DNA of 64,000 bases from Rhizaria sp. SCN 62-66 (GCA_001724265.1 MEDY01000021.1:62001-126000), one strand, 5' to 3'; counted from the stretch's first letter, positions 24,309 through 37,368 are shown. Notes: generated from the letters alone by a model not told the origin. Program-made: numbers and translations.

Positions 24309-25395
24309 AAGCTCGACGGGAAGCGCGGTCGCAGACGCGGGTGCGGAGGACAGAACAGAAAAAGGGGGCGGTGGGTGCGCGACAGCGATAAACGAGTCGG
24401 GAGCGAGTGTCGCTGAAGAAGAAGCTGGCTTGCTAAATGAACAGCATAGGAGAGTGGGGCAGACATGAAAAAGCGCAAGCACAACATACAATGGAGTCAG
24501 GTGAGGCCAAATGAACAAGAACAAACAAGGCTAGTATCAAAAAATACCCGTCGAGATGTAAGGGACGTTATAAGTGGCGAGGGTCCGCCGTGGGAAGTCC
24601 GGAAGTGGGGCTGGAGGAGTGCAGGTGACGCACAGCAACGGTCAATTTATGCGTCCTGTCACTTCGAGCGCTACCGGCTTCAGGCAACTATCCTAAAACA
24701 TAAAACCGCGCATACATGACATATTCTTCGCCCAAGACTCCCCGTTTCGAATTTGACGTCTCCGGTGGCGATATATCGAGCCCTGAAAGAGGCGCCCATT
24801 TGAACAACGAACCATCTCGCCCACCGGCCACCTTGACTCGGCCGCTGCCAGTCAGTAACGCTCGGTCGGTCAGTCGGTCAGTCGGGCTTAATTTCGAGAC
24901 GAGGCTCGTGGCAGGTCGGCTGGGTCTGAGAGGCCGAGCGGCTCAGAGGCTATTCGCGTTCTAAAAAGCACGATTATCTCGACGTTTTGTTCGTCAAGTT
25001 GCGTTAATTATTCTGCATAGCATTTGATTTGTAGGTTAACGCATCGTTCGATTTGGGCTTTGCTACTGCTTCTTGTTTGGTGTCTATATGCGTGTCGTTT
25101 TGTGATCCTGTCACGTAGCTCCTTCCTCCCCTTGAGACCCGGCGTTTTGCTTCTGCAGCACAATTAAACTCACATCTTTGCTTTTCAATTTAAGCGTATA
25201 CTCTATAAACGTTGCTCTGGCTACTGGTTCTTGTACGTATATCCTTATCACAACTTGATGTGACTCACAATCTCTGCTGCCCCTACGCCGCCCCCGCTTT
25301 GCGTTTCTTCTCTTGACAGCATCTGACCCCACCACACATTACAGCAGAGCATTCTCGAGCCCTTCAAAGCGATCACACGCTCCGTCATTGCAGCC

Positions 25396-27309
25396 ATGTC
25401 GTCCGAACCTGAGAACGTGCAGGTCCCGTTCCAGGATCTGTTTGCGTCGTCTCTGCGCCACCAGCTTCCCGCGCTCGTCGAGCAAGTCGACACGGGCCTT
25501 TACGCGCTCAAGCGCTACGCATACTACCTGCAGAAGATGTGCCTGATGAAGAAGCCCGCGCTGACGGAAATGCTCAAGGCGACGGAGCACGAGGCCGACA
25601 AGAAGACGCGCGTGGAGAAAGACCGCATGCAGAACCACGTCGCTGCCTACCGCCGCGTGCAAGACGTGTTTTTCACGATGCTCACCGACGAGTCGCGCTT
25701 TGTCACGGCCGTGAACGAAACCGTCGCCGAGCCGCTGCTGGCGTGGCACAAGACGGCCGAGAAGCGCCGCGACGCACTCATCAAGCGCGAGCAACAGCTC
25801 AGCAAGGACCTCAAGGACATGCATGCGCGCGTCACTTCCGCGCGCTCCAACGCGCACAAGCAGTGGGCGTCGCTGCAGGCGGCACACAAGGACCTGTTGA
25901 AGCTGCACGACGCCGTCCGCACGGGTCGCAAGGGTGCGGACAAGGACGTCCCGCCCGCCGAGAAGCGTGTCGAGAAGGAGCGCGCGCGCACCGAGCAGCT
26001 TTTCGCGCTGCTCGAGACGACCGTGACGCAGGGCAACGCGTTCCAGTCCACACAGTGGGACAAGGAGCTGCCGGCGCTCGTGCAGGACTGGGAGAAGCTC
26101 GAGGTGGAGCGGCTCCAGATGCTTGGCTCGCACATGGCCATCTTCTCCCGTCTCCAGCTCCAGCTCGTAGCGCCGCTGCCCAACTGCGCCGCGTCCGTCG
26201 CGGAGGACGTCGCCGCGCTCGACGGCAAGAGTGAGATGCGCGACTTCGCCGCCGCGGCCCTGCGCGAGTACGGGCCCCCCATGCCGCCCGCCGCGATCCC
26301 CGTCCAGCTCCCGTGCTCCGCCGCTACACTGCAGGCCGACGATGTCGCGCTCCCCGCGCTGCTCGCGATGGAGCTCCCCGCCGCGGTCGCGATGCGCGAG
26401 CAAGAGCTCGCCAACGGCGGCAGCGGCGCCGGTGCCGGTGGGAGCACCGGGGGCCGCGTGTCGTTCGCGACCGGGCAGCAGGCGGCCATGTCGCCCTTCG
26501 GCCCCGGCGCCAGCGACGATGATTTCTCCCGCATCAACGCCGTGGCGCCGCCACCTATGCGTCCCCCGCCGCCGACCAACCGCCCCTCGGTTCCGCCCCC
26601 CGTCAACACGAGCTACGCCAACAACGTCCCCACTGGCTATGCTGGCAGCGCAGGTGTGTCGCCGTCCCCCCCGCCGCTGGCGGCCCCTGGCTTCGCTCCG
26701 GGCCCCAGCGGCAGCGGTGGTTACTCCCCGGCAGTGGTTGCGCCTGTTCCGTCACTCGGCACGCTCCCGCCCCCGCCGCGCTCAGCGGCTGCCTCCACGT
26801 CCGCCATCGCTGCGGCCGCGCCGCCCGTGGGGTACCCGGCGCTGCCGCCCCAGTTCGGCACCCGGGCCGGCTCCACCGGGGGTGCTGGACCGCCGCCGCT
26901 GCCTAACGGCTTCGGCGCTGGCGCCGCTCCGCCCCCGCTGCCTCCCTCGTTCGCCCCCGTTGCGCCCCCTGTCGCCCCTGTCGTCGCCGCCCCCGCGCCC
27001 GCGCCCGAGCCTCAGAATGAGCCGGAGCCCGCGGCCGCAGCGCCCGCGGCGGCCGAGAGTGTGAGCGCGACGGCCAGCATCCCGGGCTTCGGTACCCATG
27101 GTGCCGTGTACTACGTCCGCGGCGTCTACGACTTCGCCTCCGAGGACCCCGAAGACGCGGCCTTCCCCGCAGGCTCCACGCTCGCGGTGCTTGACGACAC
27201 CGGTGCGTCGGCCGGTGAGGGCTGGCTCAAGGGCGCGATCGTGGCGGAGGATGGCAGTCTCGGTAAGGTTGGCACGTTCCCGTCCAACTACATCGAGCTC
27301 ATTGAGTAA
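25396..27309 (+). CDS. F-BAR domain - Pro-rich - SH3 protein (PSTPIP/PACSIN-like architecture), 637 aa
   Basis: N-terminal helical region containing ELPALVQDWEKLEVERL, poly-Pro middle, C-terminal SH3 (VRGVYDF...GWLKG...GTFPSNYIE). Confidence 0.85.
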   Translation: MSSEPENVQVPFQDLFASSLRHQLPALVEQVDTGLYALKRYAYYLQKMCLMKKPALTEMLKATEHEADKKTRVEKDRMQNHVAAYRRVQDVFFTMLTDESRFVTAVNETVAEPLLAWHKTAEKRRDALIKREQQLSKDLKDMHARVTSARSNAHKQWASLQAAHKDLLKLHDAVRTGRKGADKDVPPAEKRVEKERARTEQLFALLETTVTQGNAFQSTQWDKELPALVQDWEKLEVERLQMLGSHMAIFSRLQLQLVAPLPNCAASVAEDVAALDGKSEMRDFAAAALREYGPPMPPAAIPVQLPCSAATLQADDVALPALLAMELPAAVAMREQELANGGSGAGAGGSTGGRVSFATGQQAAMSPFGPGASDDDFSRINAVAPPPMRPPPPTNRPSVPPPVNTSYANNVPTGYAGSAGVSPSPPPLAAPGFAPGPSGSGGYSPAVVAPVPSLGTLPPPPRSAAASTSAIAAAAPPVGYPALPPQFGTRAGSTGGAGPPPLPNGFGAGAAPPPLPPSFAPVAPPVAPVVAAPAPAPEPQNEPEPAAAAPAAAESVSATASIPGFGTHGAVYYVRGVYDFASEDPEDAAFPAGSTLAVLDDTGASAGEGWLKGAIVAEDGSLGKVGTFPSNYIELIE

Positions 27310-27873
27310 AACGGGAGCAGCCAATCATATCAACTTTTTGTATAGTAAGTTTTGTAGAGTTCATTTTTTTAAAATATGAGTAGAGTTTTTTAACCCAGGG
27401 CGCGGTCGGTCAATGAGGCTTTTGCGTGGCTGCGCGTGTACACATATCCACTTAAGCAAGCAAAACACGCAAAAGCAATGAACTGGCAACCACATTTTTT
27501 TAATAGCCATGTTTAAAACAGCAGTATGGGAAGTAGAAGGAGTTTTACGACGCACGTGTGAAGTATTAGAGTACGTTCATAGCGCGATACACATGATAAT
27601 CTTTCATCAACGTGATAAGTGATCGTATGCTGCTATATTTGCGGTAAAGTAGGAATTTGTGGTTCGGACCGGTACTCGATGACAGAGCAGCCAAGGAAGG
27701 GACGCCAAGATTTTCTCTAACGCAGATCTCCGTATTTTGATCGTCAGTTTGTTTTATTATACTGTATTTCAAGTTATCACAGACAATAGCTTTATTCTAA
27801 CTTTACTTTAGCCATTGATTTGTTCGGCGTCAAGTAGACTGACTTGAAGATTGACGTGGGTTTCCGCCCCCCA

Positions 27874-30800
27874 ATGCCCTTCTCTCCACGACTCCTCTCG
27901 GGAGCATCGACCCCTGCAGGATCACCACGCCCCGGCACTGCGCCGCGTCTTATTGTTGTTGCTAACAGGCTACCGCTTACTGCAACCTTTATTCCCCCTC
28001 AACCGCACTCAAGTGCTGGTAAACTGACACCAGTCGTCTCAGCCCCTCCTGCACATGCGCCAGCAGCGCCCCACAGCAACGCGCCTGCCACAAGCACGAG
28101 GTTCCCCACATACGGAGCTGAAGACGTCTCGCCCCCTGTGTCACCGTACGCATCTCGCTCGTACACAACGCAGCACGCCTTTGCCTGCTGCTTCAACTCA
28201 GACGGAACGCTCATCGCGCACCAAGAGCAAGCATCATCATCAAGCTCACGTTCGAGCTCAGACGATTTTGCAACAAAAGCCCTCGGCCTCTCTTTGTCCG
28301 TGCCTACAGTAAGCTCACAACAAGATGGTGCTGGCGCAACTCTTAAAGATACGCGTAAAAACTCACATCAACCGAAGCTTCACCGTCGATCGCGCGACAG
28401 CGGCATTAGTGCGGGCACAACTGAAAGCGACAAAAAGCATGACGACGACGGCAACGACACCGATGGCGACAGCGTTGCCTCCCAAACTTTAAGTCGTAGT
28501 AAAGTTAAACAGCGGATTAATGCACGCACAAGCGGCAGTGACGGCGACAGTGACGGCGATATTGATAGCGATGCCGACGACGACGAGAGCGAGAGCGTCG
28601 CCGCCGCTGCTACTCCTGTAGCGTCAGTTGCCGTTCCAGGAGCACACTGGCACTTCAAGCGCAGCGACGGCGGGTTAGTCACTGCACTTAGTGCGCTCAC
28701 AGTTACACCGGACGCGTCCACTTCAAGCCCCTCTTCAGGCGGCAATGACAACACCAATTTAAACATCAGCACTATCAATAACAATTCAGCACAGCTTGCA
28801 AGCGTTGCTGAGGCAGCGCCCCCAGAGGGTTTCTCCGAGCTCCTCTGGGTTGGCTGGTGTGGAGCTGAAATTCCCCCAGCTGACTTTGTTGCCGTCTCGG
28901 CCGCCTTTGCCACACGGCAGTGCTCTCTGGTCCCTCTCTCGACCGAGCTTGCAGACGGGTATTACACTGGATTTGCGAACTCGCTGCTGTGGCCCGTGTT
29001 GCACAGCCAGCCTCCGCCAATCGCCGACGTGGCCGCGCACGGCGCTGCTTGGTGGCGCCACTACGTTGAGGCCAACGCTGCTTTTTCAACCGTCGTACTC
29101 AAGCTGTTGCGACCGGGCGACGTTGTGCTCGTGAACGACTACCACCTCTGCCTTGTTCCTGCGCTTTTAGCTGCAGCTGACCCGGCTGCGCGCGTCGGCT
29201 GGTTTCTGCATACGCCGTTTCCGCCGGCGTCATCGTTCTCCGCGCTGCCTTGGTCGCGTGCTCTACTTCGCGGCGTCCTGCGCGCGTCAGTCCTCGGCTT
29301 CCACACACCGGCGTACGCTGCAAACTTCCGCGCCGCAGTGCATCAGTTGCTCGGCGCGCCGCTGCCGTCACCGCACTATGTCGAGTATGCGCACTGTCTT
29401 GCGCACTTGCTTGCTGTGCCGGTCGGCATCGCGCCAGCAGCGCTTGATGCACGCCTCCGCACGCGTGCCGCACGAAAGCATCTCGTAATGCTGCGGCGCG
29501 CGTTTGCGGGCTGCGCGGTTGTGCTTGGCGTTGACCGGCTCGACACCATCAAGGGCATTCCGCACAAGTTGCTTGCGTTTGAAATGCTACTCGCTCGCAA
29601 ACCGCAGTTACGCGGCAAAGTCGCGTTGGTTCAGATTGTTGTGCCCTCACGCGCTGGCGTTGGCGACGTGACTGCGCTGGCGCACGAGTGCCACGAGCTT
29701 GCCGGCCGCGTCAACGGCCGCTTCGGCACTGTTGGATACTCACCTGTCACGCTGCTAGACCGCGGCGTTGCGCCAGCGCACTTGGCCGCGTTGTACCGCA
29801 CGGCTGCAGTGTGCTGCGTGGGATCAGTGCGCGATGGTATGAATCTGGTCGCTCTGGAGTACTTGGCTGCCCACCACTTAGGCAGGCTGCCGCTGCAGGC
29901 AAATGGCGAGCTCGCATTCATTGATGCGTGCGATAGCGCGATGACCAGTAGTCTTGACACAGATGCAACATTCGGCTTACATCAATGCACCAGCTGCTGC
30001 AATGAGATTGTGACCATCAGCAACACTGCGGCAGTCGAGCTCGCGCGGGCAATTGCGTTTGCGGCCGCCCCCACAGTCGCCGCAGCAGACCGTGCTGCGA
30101 CAATTGCGGCCGAGGCTGACGCAGCAGCTGCAGTGCGAGCTTCGACAAACATCGCCAGCGTCACAGACGAAGTTAGCCGGCCACCACAGCAGCTTGGAAG
30201 TGTGCCGGAGTGGCTGTGCGCGGGGTCTGACACAATGGGCTCCGGCACTGCTGACGCGCGCGCTCAGTGGGGACCTGGGGACTGTGACCCTGTTGGCGTA
30301 CTTGTTTTAAGCGAGAACGCAGGAGTCTACGGCGTACGTTTGAGCTTCTTTTTTTTACAAGCCCACACAGAACATATGAAGTATCGCAAGCGTTTATTGC
30401 CAAGAATCTGCACGTTTTCACTTTTTTCTTTTGCTAACTTTGCTTTTAATCTTGTTTTCTTGTCCTGAACAACGCAGACGCTGGGCAGCGGTGCAATCCC
30501 GCTGAACCCCTTTGATCCCGAGACAGCATCTGAAGCTCTATACACTGCACTTACACTGCCCCGCGGTGCACGCCTTGTCCGGCTGCGTCTGCTGGCGCCA
30601 ATAGTCCGCACACACACTGCAGCAGCGTGGGCACGGTCGTTCGTGACTGCAGTGCGGGTGACGCCGGCGCTCAGGTGCGGCAACGTCGGTGCACCGCCGC
30701 TGCCTGCGCCTGCTGTTGCCGCAGAAGTTGCAGAGGGTTTCCGTTGGCACATGCGCTTTGACACTGCTACTTGCGCTGAAAATACCCCTACGGCGACGCA

Positions 30801-33800
30801 AAAAACAGTCGAAGCAACGCCGGTGATAACGTTGAAGACGCAAGCTGACTCACCCTTTGCTCATGCTGCTGTCCCCGCTGCAGGTGGTGTACAAGTCCCC
30901 GCCACAGTTACGAGTTCATCACTCTCGCCAGCTAAGCCGGTATCTGTAAGCACTCCATTTCAGACTGCGGTAGGGAGTTCACCGCCTGATGCAGCCACAC
31001 CCACAGCAAACGAAAACATCGAGCGGATGCTGAATGAGGCTGATTGGGACTCACAGTGCGGTCTGCGCGCATTTGCCGCCGCTCTTCCACCCCGCGCCCG
31101 CGCTGCAATGGCCGGATGCCCGCTGCCGCTGTCACGCGCAATCCTTCTGCCCCGTTCACACACAGTGCTAATTGCCAGGATTACACGAAAAGCACTGGCG
31201 CGTCTGCAGATCGAAGCATTTGCGTCTTCACTGTCGCCTGCGCCAATCTCGGCCGCCGCAGTTGTCGGCACTGCTGCTGCAGGTGGGTCTGGAGCCGGCG
31301 CCACTATAGGTGCCGACGCAGCGGCCGCGTTCGGCCTGGACCTCGGTTGTCTTGACGACGGCGGCGGCTGCGGCGCCGGGCTCGGTCGCGTCGGTGCTGC
31401 CTCGCGCGCACAGCGCGAGCGCATTCGCCGCGGTGTACTTGCCGCGTTCGCGCAGTATTACGTCCTATCTGGCCGCTCCGCACTCACGGTGATTATCACT
31501 TCGGCCCAGACACGGGAGGACGCGGACGCGCTCGCAGTTGCTGGAATGGGTGCGTTGCTGCCAGCGGCGCTGAAGCTTTCGCGGCTGCGCGACGCTGGCG
31601 TGCTTCGGGGCGGAGATACAGTGCGCATTGCGGCAGAGACAACTGCGAAGGTTCTCGGACGCTGGGGCAACTCCACCAGCAGCGAGACTAACACGGGCAG
31701 ACGTGGCGACGCGCATTCAACCGTTTCCAGCACTCATTCCGCGGCAATCACAACTCAGTCTAACGTGGGCAACACATGCTGGTGCCGCTGCCCGTCACCA
31801 GCAGCTTCCGCCGCGACGCGGAGCGGCATTGCCAAGACGAACGCTGCGCTGCTGCATTGCCCTGTCGCACTGGCGGAGCTTCACCGTCGCCACCCCGGAG
31901 TTTGCGCTTCATGCCCCGACGGTGAGCTCCACGACAACGGCGCTAACTGCGCGTTGACTATGCGCGGACGCATCCTTGTGCAGACCGATATGGCTGTGGT
32001 GTCGAAGTGGCGGTATGTGCCGCTTTGGGCCCGTGCATCAGCGCACAACGAAACTAACAACAGCGCGCGTGATGCCAGCACAACGTGCGCAGAGTGCGGC
32101 GGTGGAACTCAGAGGCGCTCCGCTTTAGCAGCTCACACCCACTTGCAAGTACCGTGCCCAAATCATTGTGCTAATGAGCGCTCGTCATCAACCGAGCAAG
32201 TCGGTGACAACCCTGCGTCACCACACGCGGCCGCGTCGGCCAACGTGAACGTAACAACATCTTACCCGCCACGCAGAGGCAGTGTCAGCGGTAGCAGTGT
32301 CGGTGGAGGCAGCAGTGTGATGACAGCAGCTGGCACGGCCGCAAGTAGTGAAGTAAGCAGTGGGTTTAAGTCTCATTACACACCGGGCTTAGTGCCTCTC
32401 GACGTCCTCACAAGCGCCAACATTGGGGGTAGCACAAAGCACACCGCAGGTGCTAGCAACAACTTTGCCGGGTTTGTCTCCAATGTCAATAACAGTAGCG
32501 CTAGCGATCCTAACGAGATGAACTTCCTTGCCTACGCGCGCGCGGTTCATGTATACGACTCGGCCTTTATTGCCGACGCAGCTTCGGCAAGTGCGAACGC
32601 GCTGGTCGGCCCGCTGACGCCGTATCAAGTCAATAGTGAGCGCCGCGGTCCTCTACCTGCAACCAAGGGATACAACTATCTAGGTAACGGTGTGTGCTTT
32701 CATGAATCGTGTCGCAAAGCTGCCGCAGCATCGCTGGCCGCACGCAGAGCTCCCCGCCCTGCGCCTGTTGCGGCGAAGTCGTGTCTCCTTTTACCAAAGC
32801 CGGTGTGTATCTCGCGCGACAAGCACTTGGACACATGTTCACGTAGTCACAGTGGATGCAAACACAGTACCACGTGCACTGCGTATGGTTGCGCACATCC
32901 GCGCAACGCACTCGCTCCGCCGCACGGACATGGACACGCACAAGGCTCGCTCACAAAGCCGCATGTTCACCCACTCGGAAGTCGTCCTCCGGTTTACAGC
33001 CGCCGGCGCGAGAATAACATCGATCACACTGACGCAAGCGCTGATGATGCCAACCCACGTTCACACTTACCGAGCTCTAGCTCTGCAGGTCGCTGCACGG
33101 CGATGCTTGCAGGGCAGCCACGTTCGCAGTGGTTTGACTCGTTCTTCCAGTCACTTGCCGATGACGCTCCGACAACACTGCCATGGGAGCCACTTTCTCC
33201 CACAAGCAAGAGCGCTCGCGCGACTACTGCAGAGCGAAGCAAACCCACCTCGAGTCCGGTAAGCAGCATCAGCAGCGATAGTAGTGAGCATACTGGGAAT
33301 GGCGATGAACAGCCGGTGTGCAGCACTAGTGACTGCGGACACTACTGCGCGCGCACGTTGCCCACAGTCACTCCATTACACGCACAGTCCCTTGCAGAGA
33401 CCGCGCACACCCTGGATCTTATCTCGCGCTCGCGTCTTGCACTGGGCGCAGAGAACGGCTCTTTTTCGCGCCGTGGCCTGCGCTCGTGGCGCCGCGAGCC
33501 GGCCATTCTCGAGCCTCTCTGGCGGCCTGAGTGCGAAGTCCTCATGCGCTTTTTTGCAGCCCGCGTTCCCGGCTCGCGAATTGGCGTGCAAGAGGCCAGC
33601 ATGATCTGGGACTTTGCGCTGTGCCAAGACCAGCCGTTTGCGGAGAGTGTCGCGCGTGAGCTCGAAGTAACATTGCGGACCGGCATTGCCGCGCGGCTTG
33701 CGTTGCGGGTTGAGCGTGAGTTCCTGGCTGTGCGCGTGGGCCGTGGCGACAGTAACCGGCTGTACTTTGACCAGCGTATAATCAAGGACTCCGAGAAAGC

Positions 33801-36800
33801 CAAGGGCGCAATGCGCATGCTGATCGCCGCAACCGAAGTTGACCAGTTTGAGGAGAGTGAGTTTTTCTATCGTCTTGGTTATGCGACAGGAGTTGACCAC
33901 CTTGCCGTGGCAGCAACTACGGCTCCCACAGAAAGTAAAACGAGTAGCTCTACTGCCAGCGGCAAAGTTGCGTCAAGCAGCAGCCCTGTGGACGAGACGA
34001 CTATCAACGCCAGTCCACAGGTTTTAGACACCACCGACTTCCTTCAAAAACCGATAACGATCATTCACAGTGCGGAAGGTGCATCAAGCAATGCTGCTGC
34101 AGCTGCATCACATAAAGTTTCGAGCGAGTCATCTCCGCATCTTTCACCCTTACCTCTGCCACAGCAACAATCGGTATTTCAGACGCAGGCGTTGTTACAC
34201 TCGCAATCATCGCTGCGACAGGGCTTTGCTGAGATCGCAACCGCGCCTATTGCGGATATTGATGATGACGTCAACAGTCCCGCTGGGTCCTCTCAATCAC
34301 CTCAGGCTGACTTTCTGGCCGTCTCCGACCACGGCAGCAAAGGACGCATGCAATCACTGTCGCGCTCGAGCTCGTGCAGCCAGCTGTCATCAAGGCATCC
34401 CGTTTCGCCACCGCTCGGCGCAGTGCCTGCCGGTACCGGAGCTGGCGCAGCAGCGTTGCTAACTGGAGTTGACTCCGGAGCAGTGACAGCCATGAGCCAC
34501 CGCTCCGCGTTGTTTGCATCACTGCACGCAGGTGCCATATCAAACATCAACGCAGCTGCTGCAGCTACAAGCGCTGCAGCCAGCGGTTCCAAACAACGTT
34601 CGCGCGGTGCAGCACCTGCACAAGGGCCAACTGCAACAACTGCAACTGCGCCAACGTTAGCTGCAGCTGGAGTTATTCCTCCGTACGGTCTTGGTGGAAA
34701 TGCAACTGGGATGAGTGTCGGTCCCTGGCACGCCGGGTTTCAAGTTGAGATCACGTCACCGCTAAGCTATCACAGTATCCAGAGCCGCGGTAGCCTTGGT
34801 AGCCTAGCGAGCTTTGTTAGCAGTGGCCTCAGCAGCACCGCTAACGCGCCCAGCAGCAACGGCATGGACATGATCCACGAGAGCAGCGGGGACGGCAGCG
34901 TCGGTCGCGCGGAGAGCGGCGATGACAATGACGACGACAGTGCTGGACCTGTGTCTAGCGTCAATGCGACAGCAGCAACAGATAATGCTAAAACACAGTT
35001 TAGCAGTATCAGCAGTTCACTTACAGTGCCCAGTGAAAGTACCAGCAGCGGTAGCTATCAGACCGCAGTTTGCAGTGAGCCCTAGTCGCAACCAATTACT
35101 ATGCGCGGTCATGGTGCTTTGCTAACGCGCCGCGTTACATCCCCAACACGCCCGTTTGCAGCCTCTGCAACGTCGGCGTCGACTGCGGCAACGACAACGA
35201 AAAGTACCTTATGCAAGCCGCAAATGCTCCCAGTGTCACCGCGCGTAACGCCGTCTGGGGCCGAGCAAGCAACGATGAGCAAAAGGAACCGCAAAACTCG
35301 AGGACAGTCTAAATATCCACCGAGCAAGAGCGCTGGTGAGGCGGCAAAGACAATGGTTGGCATTGGCAGTGTTGTGTTAGACCAAACCCTGCCACGGCAT
35401 GCGCTATGCGGTCGCTGGTATGAGAAAACGAGCGTCCACGCAAACATTGACAAAACTCCGCTGGGTACAAGCTGCCACATTCGCCTCAAGTGCCGCGACG
35501 ACGAGAAGCACCGTGGTCGTTACCGCGACGGATCGCGACGGAGCGGCGCTGCTGTTGTTTCGGTGACTGATGCAGATACCGAGAGCAGCGAAGATCGTGA
35601 GAGGTCGTCCTCCGCTGCTCCCAAACCTGCATCGGCAGTAGCGCCAGGAGCAGTCGCCGCTGTGACGGGCCTTACAGCGTCGGCTGCAACAGTGATTCCA
35701 AAGCCCCCGCGTCCACCGCGGCCGCGTGGTTACGTGTCTCCCTTTGCCCAGACAGCTGAGCCAGCATTACCTGCAGTGACAACGGCAATGTTTGCGACTG
35801 TGCCAATAGTGTCGTTCGCCGCTGGCACTTACGGCCACCATACCAGCTCAGCGCATCAAAACCGCGACGGTATGCAGTACCAAAGCAAACACCATCGCCA
35901 ACAGAGCCAGCATCATCACCAACAAACACGCAGCAACCGCGAGCGTAGGCCTGAACTTCCGCGCCAGGACAGCGGCGAAAGCGGCACCAGCTTTGGCGGT
36001 GGCGTCAGTAGCGTGCGGCGCGACAACGGTGCGTGGGGCATCAACGCTTCTCTTGGCGCATGCGCGCACGACATGCCCTTTGCGCTAGCCGCCGCTGTTG
36101 CCGACCGGCAGTGCCTTTGGTGCCGTGCCGCCGCGCCCGTGACTGAAGCCGTTGCAGACGCCGCCGCAGCTGCTGCGGAGATTGCAAGCGCAGCGCGCGG
36201 TCACGCCGGCGCCGTTTCTGCCTCTGCGCTACCTGCGCCAACGGTGACCGCTGTTATTAACACTGGCGACGGTGGTGATGGTGTTGCCCCCAGCAGCAGT
36301 GGCTGCGAGTACTGCGCCTATAAGCGGCAGTGTGTTGACGACCTTGTCTCGGGTTTACTTTCAGCACACCGCGCCCAGACGCGGCGCGTGTTTCCGCACG
36401 CGCGCCTTGGCTCCAGCCGTCGCTGCCAGCGGTCTGGCAGCGGCCGGGCGCGCCTAAAGATTTCGCCCGGCGACCGCGCTGTAAGTGGGCACGTGCTTGC
36501 GTCTCCTTTAGCACCAGAAACACCTGCGGCGCGACAGAAGCAGCAACGTCTGAGCAGCACGGGTTTAGCTGGTGCTAGTGGCGCAAATTCTGACTTGCAA
36601 CAACATGCCTTTGACTTTGACCAACTGCACGCGCGCGCGAGTCACCATAATGATGACAACCGCGCAATGCAGCAGAGCAGTCTGGTACCAGACCTCGTTA
36701 TTGGCGATGACGTTGATCTTGATCTAAGTGCCAACGCAGCTGTGGATGATACGACAAGCGCAAACGTAAGCCCCTACAGCATTAGCCGCAGTCAGAGTCA

Positions 36801-37368
36801 CAGCCGCAGTTGCAGCCGCGGCCGCGGTGGCATCAATGACTTGGGCGACGGCGGCGGCGGTGGTAGCGGAGGCATCGCGGCGCCAGCGCCAACGCCAGCC
36901 GGCCCTCTGTCCCCACCAGCTGCACGCCTACAGCGTTTTATGCGCACGTCGCAGAGGAATACCATCAAGCTCAGCCCTAGCGCGATCAGCACGAGTGATG
37001 GCAGCAGGAACAGCATAAGCTTGAGTAGCAATACGACAGCGAACACGGAGCAAACTGGCAGTCTCGACAGCAGCGGCAGCACTTTCATGATCGGCGCCGA
37101 TGTCGCCACCGAAGAACACGACGACGACGACGAGCCTGCGGTGCCACAAGAAGCCGGTGTACTGCTCGTCGAGGCTGACGTCGCCCGCGCGCGCGCTGCG
37201 GGACGTAAACGGGCCGGCGAGGCGCATCAGTATGCGCTGCTGGAGCGCGGCGCGATGAAGCCGCTGACGATGTACACCATCTCAATTCACCAGGAGCCTT
37301 CATTTGCGGAATTCTCAACTGCAACGTCGCGTGCTCACGCGGCATACTTGGACTTGTTGCCGCGGTGA
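27874..37368 (+). CDS. TPS: Giant trehalose-6-phosphate synthase (GT20) fused to a degenerate trehalose phosphatase domain; exons 27874-30333, 30478-35074, 35162-37368 (~3087 aa)
   Basis: TPS motifs RLIVVANRLP, GGLV, WVGW, YYTGFANSLLWP, DYHL, GWFLHTPFP, GVDRLDTIKG, RDGMNLV, LSE.AG...LNPFD. TPP-like remnants GAENG, RVPGS.I...ASMIW and terminal YTISI..EPSFAEF. Confidence 0.82.
30334..30477 (+). other. Spliceosomal intron (144 nt)
   Basis: GTACGT donor, GCTAAC branch-like site near 30433, ACGCAG acceptor. Splicing restores SENAGVYG|TLGSGAIPLNPFD. Confidence 0.9.
35075..35161 (+). other. Probable spliceosomal intron (87 nt, 3n) that removes an in-frame TAG
   Basis: GTGAGC donor, GCTAAC at 35121, TTTGCAG acceptor. 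The flanking ORFs are in the same frame. Less AT-rich than the other introns. Confidence 0.65.

Noticed and set aside
24309-24524. N-terminal extensions in the ORF track (also 739-747, 7851-8024, 12851-13003, 37832-37888, 52331-52414)
   Set aside because: They mostly start at non-ATG codons or run through pyrimidine-rich acceptor-like sequence. Better explained as UTR or intron.
124-27615. Recurrent ACGTGA/TCACGT hexamer in spacers (124, 311, 7627, 9570, 13060, 13771, 25111, 27610)
   Set aside because: Only about twice the rough chance expectation for a 6-mer on both strands; not supportable without genome-wide statistics.
35101-37368. Independent 755-aa gene downstream of TPS
   Set aside because: Same frame as the preceding ORF, no AT-rich spacer, a plausible intron bridges the gap, and it carries the TPP C-terminal motif.
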